Shown: positions 48,199 to 57,753 of the stretch, one piece after another
How positions within the stretch are numbered: position 1 is the first letter of the stretch
Layout of the letters: every line of letters begins with the position of its first letter
DNA from: Candidatus Dojkabacteria bacterium
GTDB lineage: Bacteria > Patescibacteriota > Dojkabacteria > B142 > WJKM01
DNA: 64,000 nt
Assembly: GCA_014729085.1 (NCBI GenBank)
Contig: WJKM01000011.1
Span: forward strand, 46,264 to 110,263
Direction of reading: 5' to 3'
Position numbers and translations under genes: made by a program
Notes under the pieces: model-generated
What the model was told of the DNA's origin: nothing
Seen by the model: the letters and a program-made list of their open reading frames with translations, nothing else
The model's database searches: none

Positions 48199-49089
48199 CT
48201 ACTTAATTGGAACGTAAATATCCATCTCGGATTTTTGAGGAAACTGAGGTGTGAACCTGTCATCATAGAGCTCAAAATCATCGCCTCCTGCTAATTGGTA
48301 TTCAGATTTACTGGCCCATGTACCATAAATATAGTCATAAGTTTTACTTAGGTTTGATAAAGACCCTCTATGTGTAAATACTGCATACTTTTGTTTTGGT
48401 ATTGTTCTTGTAAGCATATCTTCTGGTATATCATCAAAATTTTCCACCTCAACTGCACACATATATTCATATTCAGTATCACTTTCAAAATCCTCTACAT
48501 CAATTTCTTCATTATTCAAACAAACTCCATAAGAAACATAATGGTCAGTTCTATTTTCAATTTCTTTCATTCTGGGGATAAACTCCTGCCACATTTTAGG
48601 TATGGTTTTATTTTCTTCATTGTCCTTAAGAGTAGTCTTACACTTTATGCCTACTATCTTAAATTCATCTTTGGTGATAATTTTAGGTTTCATAGTAATC
48701 AATTTATTTAAGAAATAAGATATTTTCTCTTCATTTAATGCTTTTTTGTGCATCATAACCAGATCTTTACCTCTTACCCGATACTTTGCCGGCGTAAAAT
48801 CAAAGTAATTCCTAAATGATCTGGTAAAAGCTTCCTGTGAACTAAATTGATACTTCAACGCAATATCTATAATCCTATCGTTACTACAGACTAAATCTTT
48901 TGATGCAAGCGTTAATCTGCGTATCCGAATGTACTCACCGGGAGTTTCACCTGTAACAGCTTTAAATACGCGTAGTAAGTGATAAGGAGATAAACAAGCT
49001 ATATCTGCTATTTTATCCAGAGATAAAGGCTCGCAAAGTTTATCCTCAATGTATTTAACTGCTTTGTTTAAATTTTTCTGATAGGACAT
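48199..49089 (-). CDS. AraC family regulator with GyrI-like effector domain (Rob-type)
   Basis: A..YIE..L, S.YH..R.F, YIR.RRL, F.SQEAFTR.F; C-terminal YAVFTH.G and DFELYD. Confidence 0.92.
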   Translation of the reverse strand: MSYQKNLNKAVKYIEDKLCEPLSLDKIADIACLSPYHLLRVFKAVTGETPGEYIRIRRLTLASKDLVCSNDRIIDIALKYQFSSQEAFTRSFRNYFDFTPAKYRVRGKDLVMMHKKALNEEKISYFLNKLITMKPKIITKDEFKIVGIKCKTTLKDNEENKTIPKMWQEFIPRMKEIENRTDHYVSYGVCLNNEEIDVEDFESDTEYEYMCAVEVENFDDIPEDMLTRTIPKQKYAVFTHRGSLSNLSKTYDYIYGTWASKSEYQLAGGDDFELYDDRFTPQFPQKSEMDIYVPIK

Positions 49090-49229
49090 AGAGATAGTAC
49101 TAAGAACTTAGTTCTTGGAACTAAAGAATTTACTTTAATGCCTAAAATTTGATCCGGAATCAAACTAACTAAGTATATTAAAATAGACAAAATTTGTTTT
49201 GATAATTCTTGCTTTTTTATTTTGAGGGT

Positions 49230-49826
49230 CTAAAAATGAATATTCAGCTTTCTAAGATCGTTTTTCAATTCTTTGATAGATTTAAAGAGAAGGGTTCCCA
49301 TTCCTAATTTTTGGGCTGTAACCAAGACTTCCTCCTGATCGTCAATAAATAAAAGCTGAGAAGCTGGCAGATTGATTTTTTCAAGAAGAATTTGATAAAT
49401 TTCTTTTTCAGGCTTTAGAAAACCTTCCTCATGGGATAAGACAATTGGATTGAAATACGAGTACCATCCTTTTTCATGATATTTTTTAGAATTTACTGGA
49501 TCAGAATTAGAAAGTACTGCAAGCTGATAATTTCTCTTAAGACTTTCAACCAAATCAATCATTTCATCTGTCGGCTTCCAGGTATTAGTCCAAAGATCGA
49601 TTAACTTACTCATTTCTTCATTATTTATCGGAACTTGAAAAAACTTACGGAAGCATTCTTCAATCTCTATTCTTCCTCTATTATAATCAGTATCAAATAC
49701 AACCTCCGAACCCTTCTTAAAACTTTTCGGAATCTGAAGTAGTGTATAAGCTTTATTTACGAAATCTATGAAACTCCCCTGCATGAATGTGCCACCAATA
49801 TCAAAAACAATTACCTCAATCATCAA
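49230..49826 (-). CDS. HAD-superfamily phosphatase (YihX-like)
   Basis: FDIGG, LSN, KP...IY, FIDD. Confidence 0.88.
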   Translation of the reverse strand: MMIEVIVFDIGGTFMQGSFIDFVNKAYTLLQIPKSFKKGSEVVFDTDYNRGRIEIEECFRKFFQVPINNEEMSKLIDLWTNTWKPTDEMIDLVESLKRNYQLAVLSNSDPVNSKKYHEKGWYSYFNPIVLSHEEGFLKPEKEIYQILLEKINLPASQLLFIDDQEEVLVTAQKLGMGTLLFKSIKELKNDLRKLNIHF

Positions 49827-49861
49827 GAAATATGAGTAACATGTAATAACATATTATAAAC

Positions 49862-49891
49862 AAAAAAGATGGTAATTTTTATACCATCTTT
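49862..49891 (-). terminator. Intrinsic terminator
   Basis: AAAGATGGTA...TACCATCTTT stem with minus-strand T-run. Confidence 0.6.
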
Positions 49892-49919
49892 ATGAGAATT
49901 TTTGAATACTTGAAAACTA

Positions 49920-50516
49920 TTATTTTTCCTCGGAGTCATCATCAGTTGTCTCCTTTATTTCCGCAATATCCTCCTCGAAAACAGCCTTGATAACCTCATT
50001 TTCTTCCAAGGTCACTTTAATATCTTGCTTTTTATCTCCTACAATCATTACAAGATCAACCTCCCAACAACCAGGGCATCTAAGCTGAATAATATCTTGA
50101 TATTGGAGATCTGCTTCGGTAAAACCAATAAATTCTTCCATATTAAATACATATTCTTTGGCTTTATCTACTATTTGTTGTTTTTCAACATCCAATTCAG
50201 CAAGCGAACCTTCCTGAGCTTTCGGGCATTCTTCTTGCTTTGGGTCAAAACATTTTTCTGTAGAGGCACACCATACGAAACCTTTAGCAATAAGACACCC
50301 GTGTTCATCCTGCTCCTCACTAGGCGGTTTTTCCTCAGCTACTTCAGTTTCCTCAATTAAATTTTCTGCTGTATCCTCGGGTTCGGGTTCTTTTGGGTTA
50401 AAATATGCTAACAACAAAAAACCTCCAACAATAAATACAAATATTAAAATAATAAACAAGGGAAGATTCGTCGTTTCCGGCTCTGCAGAATTACTATCAT
50501 CTTTTTTAACGTTCAT
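49920..50516 (-). CDS. Membrane-anchored protein with DEHGC...WC...C...C module
   Basis: TM, acidic linker, DEHGCLIAKGFVWCASTEKCFDPKQEEC, CPGCW. Confidence 0.7.
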   Translation of the reverse strand: MNVKKDDSNSAEPETTNLPLFIILIFVFIVGGFLLLAYFNPKEPEPEDTAENLIEETEVAEEKPPSEEQDEHGCLIAKGFVWCASTEKCFDPKQEECPKAQEGSLAELDVEKQQIVDKAKEYVFNMEEFIGFTEADLQYQDIIQLRCPGCWEVDLVMIVGDKKQDIKVTLEENEVIKAVFEEDIAEIKETTDDDSEEK

Positions 50517-50611
50517 CTAAAATAAATAATAAATAAAAATTTTAAATTGCTCACTGATTATATTCCAAGAAGAGAGTTGAATCAATTAAAGAAAAGTAGT
50601 CTACTTAAATC

Positions 50612-50860
50612 CTAATTTATTATTACACTTTCTGTCATAAAACCTTGATTATAACGCCTTAAAACTTCGGCATCTTCTGGACCTCTCGCGTTTAGTAAAT
50701 CCGGCATAACAGCACATCTTCCAAGACCATAGGGTAACCAATTTAAAGCTGCTTGTCTACCAAGTTCAAATGCATGCTTACGCGGGTCTCCACTTTGAAA
50801 ATCTAAAAATTCAAGGACTTTCCTTTGGCTTGGATCGTTTACTCCAATTAATTCTTCCAT
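50612..50860 (-). CDS. Small hypothetical protein
   Basis: 82-aa ORF with upstream TGATATAAT. Confidence 0.5.
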   Translation of the reverse strand: MEELIGVNDPSQRKVLEFLDFQSGDPRKHAFELGRQAALNWLPYGLGRCAVMPDLLNARGPEDAEVLRRYNQGFMTESVIIN

Positions 50861-51013
50861 AATTATGGATAAATAATATTAATCAAACCGATTATATCAC
50901 ATATATTTAACAGATTTCCCTAGAGTTTTAAAAATAATCTTTCTTATCTATCTGCAGTGGGCGTTCTAAAGCTTATTTCTCGGAAATATTCTATTTCTAT
51001 AATTAGGACTATT

Positions 51014-51047
51014 AAGCAGGAGCGGGTTTTGAAACCCGCTCCTGCTT
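51014..51047 (-). terminator. Strong hairpin downstream of the macroglobulin gene
   Basis: AAGCAGGAGCGGGTT-TTGA-AACCCGCTCCTGCTT (15-bp stem). Confidence 0.75.
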
Positions 51048-51081
51048 TAATTCAAACAATAGTTGAATAATTCATTTGTAT

Positions 51082-54000
51082 CTATTCAATAACAATCTCT
51101 TGTGACTTATCCAAATAATTTACCATAGTGGGATCATCCATAGATTGAATGATAGGTGTTTCTGCCTTGAAAGTTCCCTTTGAAACAACTCTTGCATAGT
51201 ACTCAATTGTCTTATATCTGGAGTTTTTATACACACAGAAACTACTTCTCTGTCCCTCTATCGAATATGGGTGCTTGTAAGAGTACATCTCTTCGTAATG
51301 ATAACCTCTTTTATAAGGACTGCTTACTGCCTTTAATCCGGCAGGTAGTATATCGCTTACTTGATAACACTTACCCTTTGGTGCATTCCCACCAATATCA
51401 AATTTTATCTCAACTCTAACCAAATCAGTATCCTTAAATGTTGTACTTTCCACCCCGCCGATTGTATACTTCCTTGTTAAGGAAAGATCTTCATCCTTTG
51501 GTAAAATTTCTGGATTGACTGCTTTGTCAAATGTTGAAATTATCCCTAAGTTTCCATCAACAGAATTAAATTTGAATTTCTTCAACTCAGAAGGAGATAA
51601 CTGAACTTTATAAACCTCACCTTTTTCCAACTCTATCTTCTCATTTTTGCTCCCAGCTTCATATTCGAATGTTACAGGGGCTTTTGGCAACAATGGTAGT
51701 ACTGCCTGCAAATATCTTGCCTCCTCCAATCCGGTAAGATTATATTTAGAATTATGAGTGTCTATGTATTCATAAAGATCCTCTCCTTCTTCTTCATTTA
51801 AGATTCCTGCAAGCATGGTGACCAGAGCTGTTATTTCTACATTCTCATTTTGATCATCGCTGACCTTAATAAGAATTGAACCTTCCGAATTTGTTCTATA
51901 CTCTTGAATGATGTCTTTATATACATCTCTTGCATACTCTTTATTACCAATTTCTGCGGATGCAAGTGCAAGATATATTTCTTCCTTGACGCTTAAATCA
52001 TTCTGTTGCTTAAGCATCTTAATATAAGTCAAAACCGGTTCTTTTAGAGCGGCCAATCCATAAACGGCTTGTATACCTCTTTCCCGTCCTTCTTCTTTAT
52101 TATCCAAAATTGAGTAAAAATAATCTGCTAGAGCCAGCTGATCAAATTTTTCACTAGCAATCGCAGCTACTTTTGCAGACAATTCTAAATCTTTGTCACT
52201 GTATGGGAATAGAGAAATCCCCCCACTCTCGGTTTGATAGTTTTCCGGTCTCCAATACTCTTCCGAAAATTCTTCTACATCAAAATGTTCTTCAAACATT
52301 TCTTTGGATAAAAGCCTTACTATCTTTTGATCAACCCTATCTCCCCAGGTAAACTGCAAATACAATACATCATCATAATATTTGCCACGATTTTCATCTA
52401 AGAAGGTAAGAGTCGTCGGAGAATCTTTACTCCCTTCCAGTTTTGTATCCGGAGAATATTCATAAAAATTAACCTCTTGAATTTTCAAGAATGATGACTT
52501 TATATTGATCTCTTTTTGTATCTTATCCTCATAATCTCCTACTTTTGCTCCTACTATTATTTTGTGAGTTCCCTGCTTCAATTCGTTTAATTCGAACTCT
52601 ATAGATTCGAAAGCTTTAGCCTTAACTTTCTTTCCTTCAATACCTAGGGTCTTTGCTTCGATAGTATACTCAACATCCCAATCCGACTTTAGTTCGTCCC
52701 CATAAGCTCTTGCCTTGATTATTGGTTTATCGCCTTCTAGGTATACATCGTTCATAACCAAGTCAACAAAAAACGGTAAGGAAACATCCACATTTGTTTC
52801 GTTATCTCCTGCATATAGGTCCGGAGATATTGCCTGCGATGTAACATGCCATGATGTGATATTGTCCGGTGCTACAAACTCGACACTTCCCTTTCCACTT
52901 TCGTCTGTTTTCACTGTTGTAAATAAAGCTGTATCCACAAACCATTGCCGGGCTTCTTTGTTATGTACAAAAATTCCGTCTGCAAAGTAGGTGTGGTATT
53001 CATCAATTTCTAAATTATAAATATCGAAATCTCCTGTCCTACTCTCAATAGTCTCTATTTCTACCCATTCATTCTTATCATTTAACATAAAATCTCCAGC
53101 TCTTATATCTCTTGCCTGCTTCCATTGACCATTTATATACATAAAATGAATTGGAGTTACTCGCAACTTTCTATTAATATAAAGATACTCTTCTCCTTTA
53201 TGATGCATTGTTTCTAACACCTTAGCTTCCACGAAATTACTCGACTCCTCACTCTCTTTAGTGAGTACAATATCCCCAATTTCTACATCTTCAATATTTT
53301 TCAACTTAAAACCTTTCATTAAAATTTTTGTCCCAGGAAGAAAACATGTATCGCCTTTACCACCAGCAGCAGGCTCTGGCATTATGTGAGATCCGTACGT
53401 TTGCAGTATCCCGGAAGTAACATTTTTGTATAAAGAATTTAATGGATAAGGCTTTTTATCCATCAGTTGAAACATTGCTTCATCAATAATGCTGAAATTC
53501 ACATCACTCTTTTTTCCCTTCCCGCTTTGATCTTTCACACTGACATCAATTTTAATCTCGTCTCTTGGTTTGTAATTTGTCTTTTCAGGGGTTAGTTTAA
53601 TATCGAGCTCCCTTTCGTTCTGATAATAATCAATATTATAATTTCCAGTTTCCTTGAATGTCTGTCCGTCAAAATAAACTCCTTTTATGAAAATATTTGG
53701 TATATGTTCCTTTTTAAACGTCATGGAGAATCTTGAATTATCTTGAACTTTATATTCATCTATACCCTGTTGAGCATATAGGTAAAGAAATGAGGTGTTC
53801 TCCCCAGAAGGAATTTGCTCAGCATTATTCATGAACGCCATATCCACTCTTTCATTTAGTTTATAACCCGAACCATTCTCTCTATCTTTTTTGGATGTAA
53901 CTTCTAAATAATAATGATCTCTTGACTCGTAATCAAATGACCTACCATAAATATAGCTCCTTTTTTCCATTCCATGTCCATCTACATCAGTTGTCCAAAA

Positions 54001-56547
54001 GTCGATATAATAATATTTATCCTCAGTAGTATCGAATTCGAATATAGCTTCTCCCTTTGCATTAGTAGTTATAACGCTTTCGCCTAAAGCCCGGCTTCTT
54101 CTTTTATAATCATATTTCTTACGATTTACTTTATCAATATAATCATAATACTCACCAACCTCTATTCTTTCATACCATTCTTCAGTTAGATTGACTTTTA
54201 TTTCTTTATTCACAATAGGATCTGCAAGATAATCCTCTGTATTCTTTGCAGTACCATTATTGAGTCTCTCTAAAGTAATTTTATTCAATTTTACTGTAGC
54301 TTTCCTTTTATTTTTTGCTGTTCTTTCTGTTTCAACTTTCATATTAGTCCGAAAATTAAATACTCTGACATGCTTTGTACCTTCTATTTCTCCTTCTTCG
54401 GAACGCTTTGGGTGCACATAAACAGAAGAATGTTGAGGATATATATGATCCTCCATTCCTCTTGGCTGCTTATAACTAATAGCGAATTTACCATCCTCAC
54501 TTGACGTAACTTCGCCATCAGGCGCATCGTAAATTGTATATTCTAAAGGAATATTCGCTACAGGAGTTCCTTCAAAGAACTCAGTTTTCCCATCAATCTT
54601 AATTTCTTCATCCCAGAAATAAGCTTCCTTGTTAGAATCAAGAGAGATTTTATATGCTGGTTTTGTGTAAGTCTCCACCCTGAAACCGTCTTCAATAATT
54701 AACTGTTCATTTTCATCATATATCGAAATAGTGTAATATCCTGTCTGGAGATTCATCAGAGGAACCTGGTCTGTAAAAGTACCATTCTCACTAACCTCAA
54801 TGCGTTTAGAATAAATACTAACAGGATTATAGTAATAATCAAAGTAACCCGATTTTGTTACTTTGACTGTTAATTCGGTATTATCCGAACCATACCTCTT
54901 TTTAGCAAGTCCCCAAAAGCTAACCGTATCCGTAGGTTTATATAAATCCCTGTCTGTATATACATATGACCAATAATCCTGAGACTCATTTCCATAATAG
55001 TAATAATCTTCATCATAATAATAATTGTACCCTCCATAGTATCCATAATATGAATCTGTCGTTGGTATAACTACCTGTCCTGCCTCCCCCTTAATTTTAA
55101 ATACATAGGATCTATAAGTGTCTTTTAATTCTTTAGGTGTATCGAACTCAGCTATTCCCTGCTCATTTGTTTTATGAACACTTGATCCAGACATTTGCAG
55201 TTGGATTGTCGCATTTGAATCAGGCTTTTTAGTTTGATGATTCATTATCCATGCAATACTCTTTTTCTCAGATGTGGTTAAAAATACGGTTGTATCAGTT
55301 ACCTGAAACCATGCCTGAATTTTCTCCCCTTCTGCATAATGAGCATCTATTAAATAAAACCCCCCTGGAAGAACATCGGGTAGTACTATGTATCCAGTAG
55401 ATCCTTCATTTGAATACTGAATCGGAACTTCAGCAGTCAAGACTTTCTCTAAACTGCTTATGTCTTGCATATAGGTCGCTTTAGTATTATATGCCCACAC
55501 AGGTACTTGTAATTTTTCATTTAATGTATTTGCATATTGCTCAATGTCTTTAAATTGGAATACATCGACTAGTATTGTATTTTGATTTCTTTCACCCCAA
55601 TATGTGAAGGTAGGTTTTCTTGTAGTTGGAAATTCAAAGCTGTCTTTTCTGAAACTTGGCCTTGATGCCCTTTCAATTTTAGTTTCAAATTGGAAAGTAT
55701 AATCTTCTTCAAGTTTTTCATCTGTTTCATTCAGCTTAAGTCCTTTTTTGATCCTCACAGTATATAATTGTCCTGCTTGAAAGCCTCCATTTGGAACAAA
55801 TACAGCTGTTCGCCTTGCTCTTTCAAATCTTCCAGAAACTGAAGGTGAAATTTCGAAATAAGGTTGTATATCTTCGAAATTCTCATGGCTGAAGGTAATT
55901 TCTACCCCCGAATTTGCCGGTGCCGAACTCGACTTGTCAGCAGGATGCGTCTGAATAATTCTAAATGGATTTTTAACTTGAAACGCCCAAGACAAATCTT
56001 TTTTAGTCTCTTCGTCTTCTGGGTCTTCTATAATTGCAATATCTAAATTGTTTACAGAGTTTACCTTCAATTCTTCTTTCATAGAAACCTTGAAAATATT
56101 ATCTTCCACTTTGGTAACAGTATAATCAGTTTCTGGAATTACCATTAAACTATCTTCAAGATCATTTTGTTCTATTTCCTTCTCGGTCTCAATAATGAAA
56201 TCTGAATCTTTTTCAATACCTGTTGGGTCCTCCTCCGTGGCTTTTACATTTATTTCCGAAGGCGATATATGTAATCTTGGCCTTTCCTCCTGTTCCTGGG
56301 ATTCCGGTTTAGGGGAAGTCCGTTCTACCTTAAAATAACTCCATCCAAGTATTATTAATATAAACCCGATCAAGCCTAAGACTAAAAAGATTCCAATCCC
56401 AAAAACAACTTTTTTTTGTTCTTTTATCTTTGTCAATAAGCTAGATTTCTTTTTAATTTTTTGTACATCCTGACTTTCCGTCGATTCATTTTTTTTATTT
56501 ACGGAACTATTTGATTCAACCTCCTGTTCCTGGCTTTGTTTTTTCAT
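51082..56547 (-). CDS. Membrane-anchored alpha-2-macroglobulin family protein with an internal Hint domain
   Basis: TM, Big_5-like Ig domains, MG2 YTDRDLYKPTDTV, FRVETYTKP, YKPRD.I.I.V, IIDEA, R..F..TA.F, PDNITSW, GD.....AR, C-terminal LPAGL..YYARVVSKG.F.AE; probable start MKKQSQ. Confidence 0.9.
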   Translation of the reverse strand: MKKQSQEQEVESNSSVNKKNESTESQDVQKIKKKSSLLTKIKEQKKVVFGIGIFLVLGLIGFILIILGWSYFKVERTSPKPESQEQEERPRLHISPSEINVKATEEDPTGIEKDSDFIIETEKEIEQNDLEDSLMVIPETDYTVTKVEDNIFKVSMKEELKVNSVNNLDIAIIEDPEDEETKKDLSWAFQVKNPFRIIQTHPADKSSSAPANSGVEITFSHENFEDIQPYFEISPSVSGRFERARRTAVFVPNGGFQAGQLYTVRIKKGLKLNETDEKLEEDYTFQFETKIERASRPSFRKDSFEFPTTRKPTFTYWGERNQNTILVDVFQFKDIEQYANTLNEKLQVPVWAYNTKATYMQDISSLEKVLTAEVPIQYSNEGSTGYIVLPDVLPGGFYLIDAHYAEGEKIQAWFQVTDTTVFLTTSEKKSIAWIMNHQTKKPDSNATIQLQMSGSSVHKTNEQGIAEFDTPKELKDTYRSYVFKIKGEAGQVVIPTTDSYYGYYGGYNYYYDEDYYYYGNESQDYWSYVYTDRDLYKPTDTVSFWGLAKKRYGSDNTELTVKVTKSGYFDYYYNPVSIYSKRIEVSENGTFTDQVPLMNLQTGYYTISIYDENEQLIIEDGFRVETYTKPAYKISLDSNKEAYFWDEEIKIDGKTEFFEGTPVANIPLEYTIYDAPDGEVTSSEDGKFAISYKQPRGMEDHIYPQHSSVYVHPKRSEEGEIEGTKHVRVFNFRTNMKVETERTAKNKRKATVKLNKITLERLNNGTAKNTEDYLADPIVNKEIKVNLTEEWYERIEVGEYYDYIDKVNRKKYDYKRRSRALGESVITTNAKGEAIFEFDTTEDKYYYIDFWTTDVDGHGMEKRSYIYGRSFDYESRDHYYLEVTSKKDRENGSGYKLNERVDMAFMNNAEQIPSGENTSFLYLYAQQGIDEYKVQDNSRFSMTFKKEHIPNIFIKGVYFDGQTFKETGNYNIDYYQNERELDIKLTPEKTNYKPRDEIKIDVSVKDQSGKGKKSDVNFSIIDEAMFQLMDKKPYPLNSLYKNVTSGILQTYGSHIMPEPAAGGKGDTCFLPGTKILMKGFKLKNIEDVEIGDIVLTKESEESSNFVEAKVLETMHHKGEEYLYINRKLRVTPIHFMYINGQWKQARDIRAGDFMLNDKNEWVEIETIESRTGDFDIYNLEIDEYHTYFADGIFVHNKEARQWFVDTALFTTVKTDESGKGSVEFVAPDNITSWHVTSQAISPDLYAGDNETNVDVSLPFFVDLVMNDVYLEGDKPIIKARAYGDELKSDWDVEYTIEAKTLGIEGKKVKAKAFESIEFELNELKQGTHKIIVGAKVGDYEDKIQKEINIKSSFLKIQEVNFYEYSPDTKLEGSKDSPTTLTFLDENRGKYYDDVLYLQFTWGDRVDQKIVRLLSKEMFEEHFDVEEFSEEYWRPENYQTESGGISLFPYSDKDLELSAKVAAIASEKFDQLALADYFYSILDNKEEGRERGIQAVYGLAALKEPVLTYIKMLKQQNDLSVKEEIYLALASAEIGNKEYARDVYKDIIQEYRTNSEGSILIKVSDDQNENVEITALVTMLAGILNEEEGEDLYEYIDTHNSKYNLTGLEEARYLQAVLPLLPKAPVTFEYEAGSKNEKIELEKGEVYKVQLSPSELKKFKFNSVDGNLGIISTFDKAVNPEILPKDEDLSLTRKYTIGGVESTTFKDTDLVRVEIKFDIGGNAPKGKCYQVSDILPAGLKAVSSPYKRGYHYEEMYSYKHPYSIEGQRSSFCVYKNSRYKTIEYYARVVSKGTFKAETPIIQSMDDPTMVNYLDKSQEIVIE
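52960..53346 (-). other. Hint (intein-like/BIL) domain, 129 aa, in frame within the macroglobulin
   Basis: Block A CFLPGTKILM, block B VTPIH, blocks F/G IYNLEIDEYHTYFADGIFVHN; +1 residue Lys; no endonuclease. Confidence 0.92.
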
Positions 56548-57222
56548 TTGAGTATTAAAAAAGGTTAGATATATCTTTATTGTATTTTGTATTAGCAATA
56601 GTATCAAGTTAATATTGCGCCTTTCTATATCTAAGACGCACATTAAAGTGAAAATATTACACAGTTTAATACAAAATTCATTCTAACTCCTGTTGTTTGT
56701 TTGCAGTTTTTATTATGGATGTAAGTTAAATGAACTCCCTTCCCAATAGAATAAAAACTCGACATTTCCATGGAGAATTTTTATATTCATTTTAGTGATT
56801 ATTAGTATACTTTTCCTTCTATTATTCCTCTTTTATTTGAGTTTTAAAATTCAGAAACTCTGAATCAGAAATAATACAACCCACATAAGTTTCAACTTGT
56901 GGTGACCAAATATGTAAGGAAAGTAAAACAACCTTGTATCCATAAGATTGCTAAAACTCTCTAAAGTTTGAATAATAAGCTCTACGATCTTAAACATGAA
57001 AAAGTAGACTAGGAAAACGCTGAAAAACTTCTAGAATGGATTATTTAACTACCAGCCAGACCATTAGCTGTATGTACCAATTAAATTCGGACCATTGCTT
57101 TGTTTATGAAGTACCACCAAAACCAGCTGATTTAAATGTAAGCGTTTACGAACTACTACTAAAACTAGTTTAACAGAGATCAAAGTAAGTTTTGCTAAGC
57201 GATAAATAAAGCCAAGACCCAA

Positions 57223-57729
57223 TTAGTTATCTTGGAAATAATACTCTAAGGCGGGAATTTCTAAAGTAAAAAATTTTTCTGGTGAATTATAATAAAGTTC
57301 TCTCGCTTCTTCTTTATCCATCCAAACAATATCTTTCACCTCATCCTTTTGTGGTACAAATTCCCCGTCTTCAACCTCACAAATAAAAATAAACCCTATC
57401 CACGGATATCCTTCCTTTAATTGCTGTGTGCAACAAAAGGGGCGGAATCCGAATGCCTCATCTGTACTCTGTGGCTTGAACACCTTTGTTCTAGAATCGT
57501 TTTTTACTGATTTCAGCTGAAGTCCAGTTTCTTCTTTGATTTCTCTTTCTAAAGTATCATAAACATTTTCATATACTCTATCTAAACAACCAGCAGGAAA
57601 TTCAAGAGTACCCGAGTAAAGTTCATCTCTCTCAGGTTTCCACCGGGTCTGGATAAGCAATTCGATTCTTTCATTTTTTTCGCGCTCAATTATCCCCCCT
57701 ACATAGGGAATACAAAAATTGAAATCCAT
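57223..57729 (-). CDS. Nudix hydrolase
   Basis: EFPAG......ENVYDTLEREIKEETGL. Confidence 0.9.
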   Translation of the reverse strand: MDFNFCIPYVGGIIEREKNERIELLIQTRWKPERDELYSGTLEFPAGCLDRVYENVYDTLEREIKEETGLQLKSVKNDSRTKVFKPQSTDEAFGFRPFCCTQQLKEGYPWIGFIFICEVEDGEFVPQKDEVKDIVWMDKEEARELYYNSPEKFFTLEIPALEYYFQDN

Positions 57730-57753
57730 TTTTGTTATATTTTTATATCTTAT

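Noticed and set aside
52960-53346. Canonical mobile intein
   Set aside because: No homing endonuclease, +1 residue is Lys, and the host is extracytoplasmic; treated as a cleaving Hint domain.
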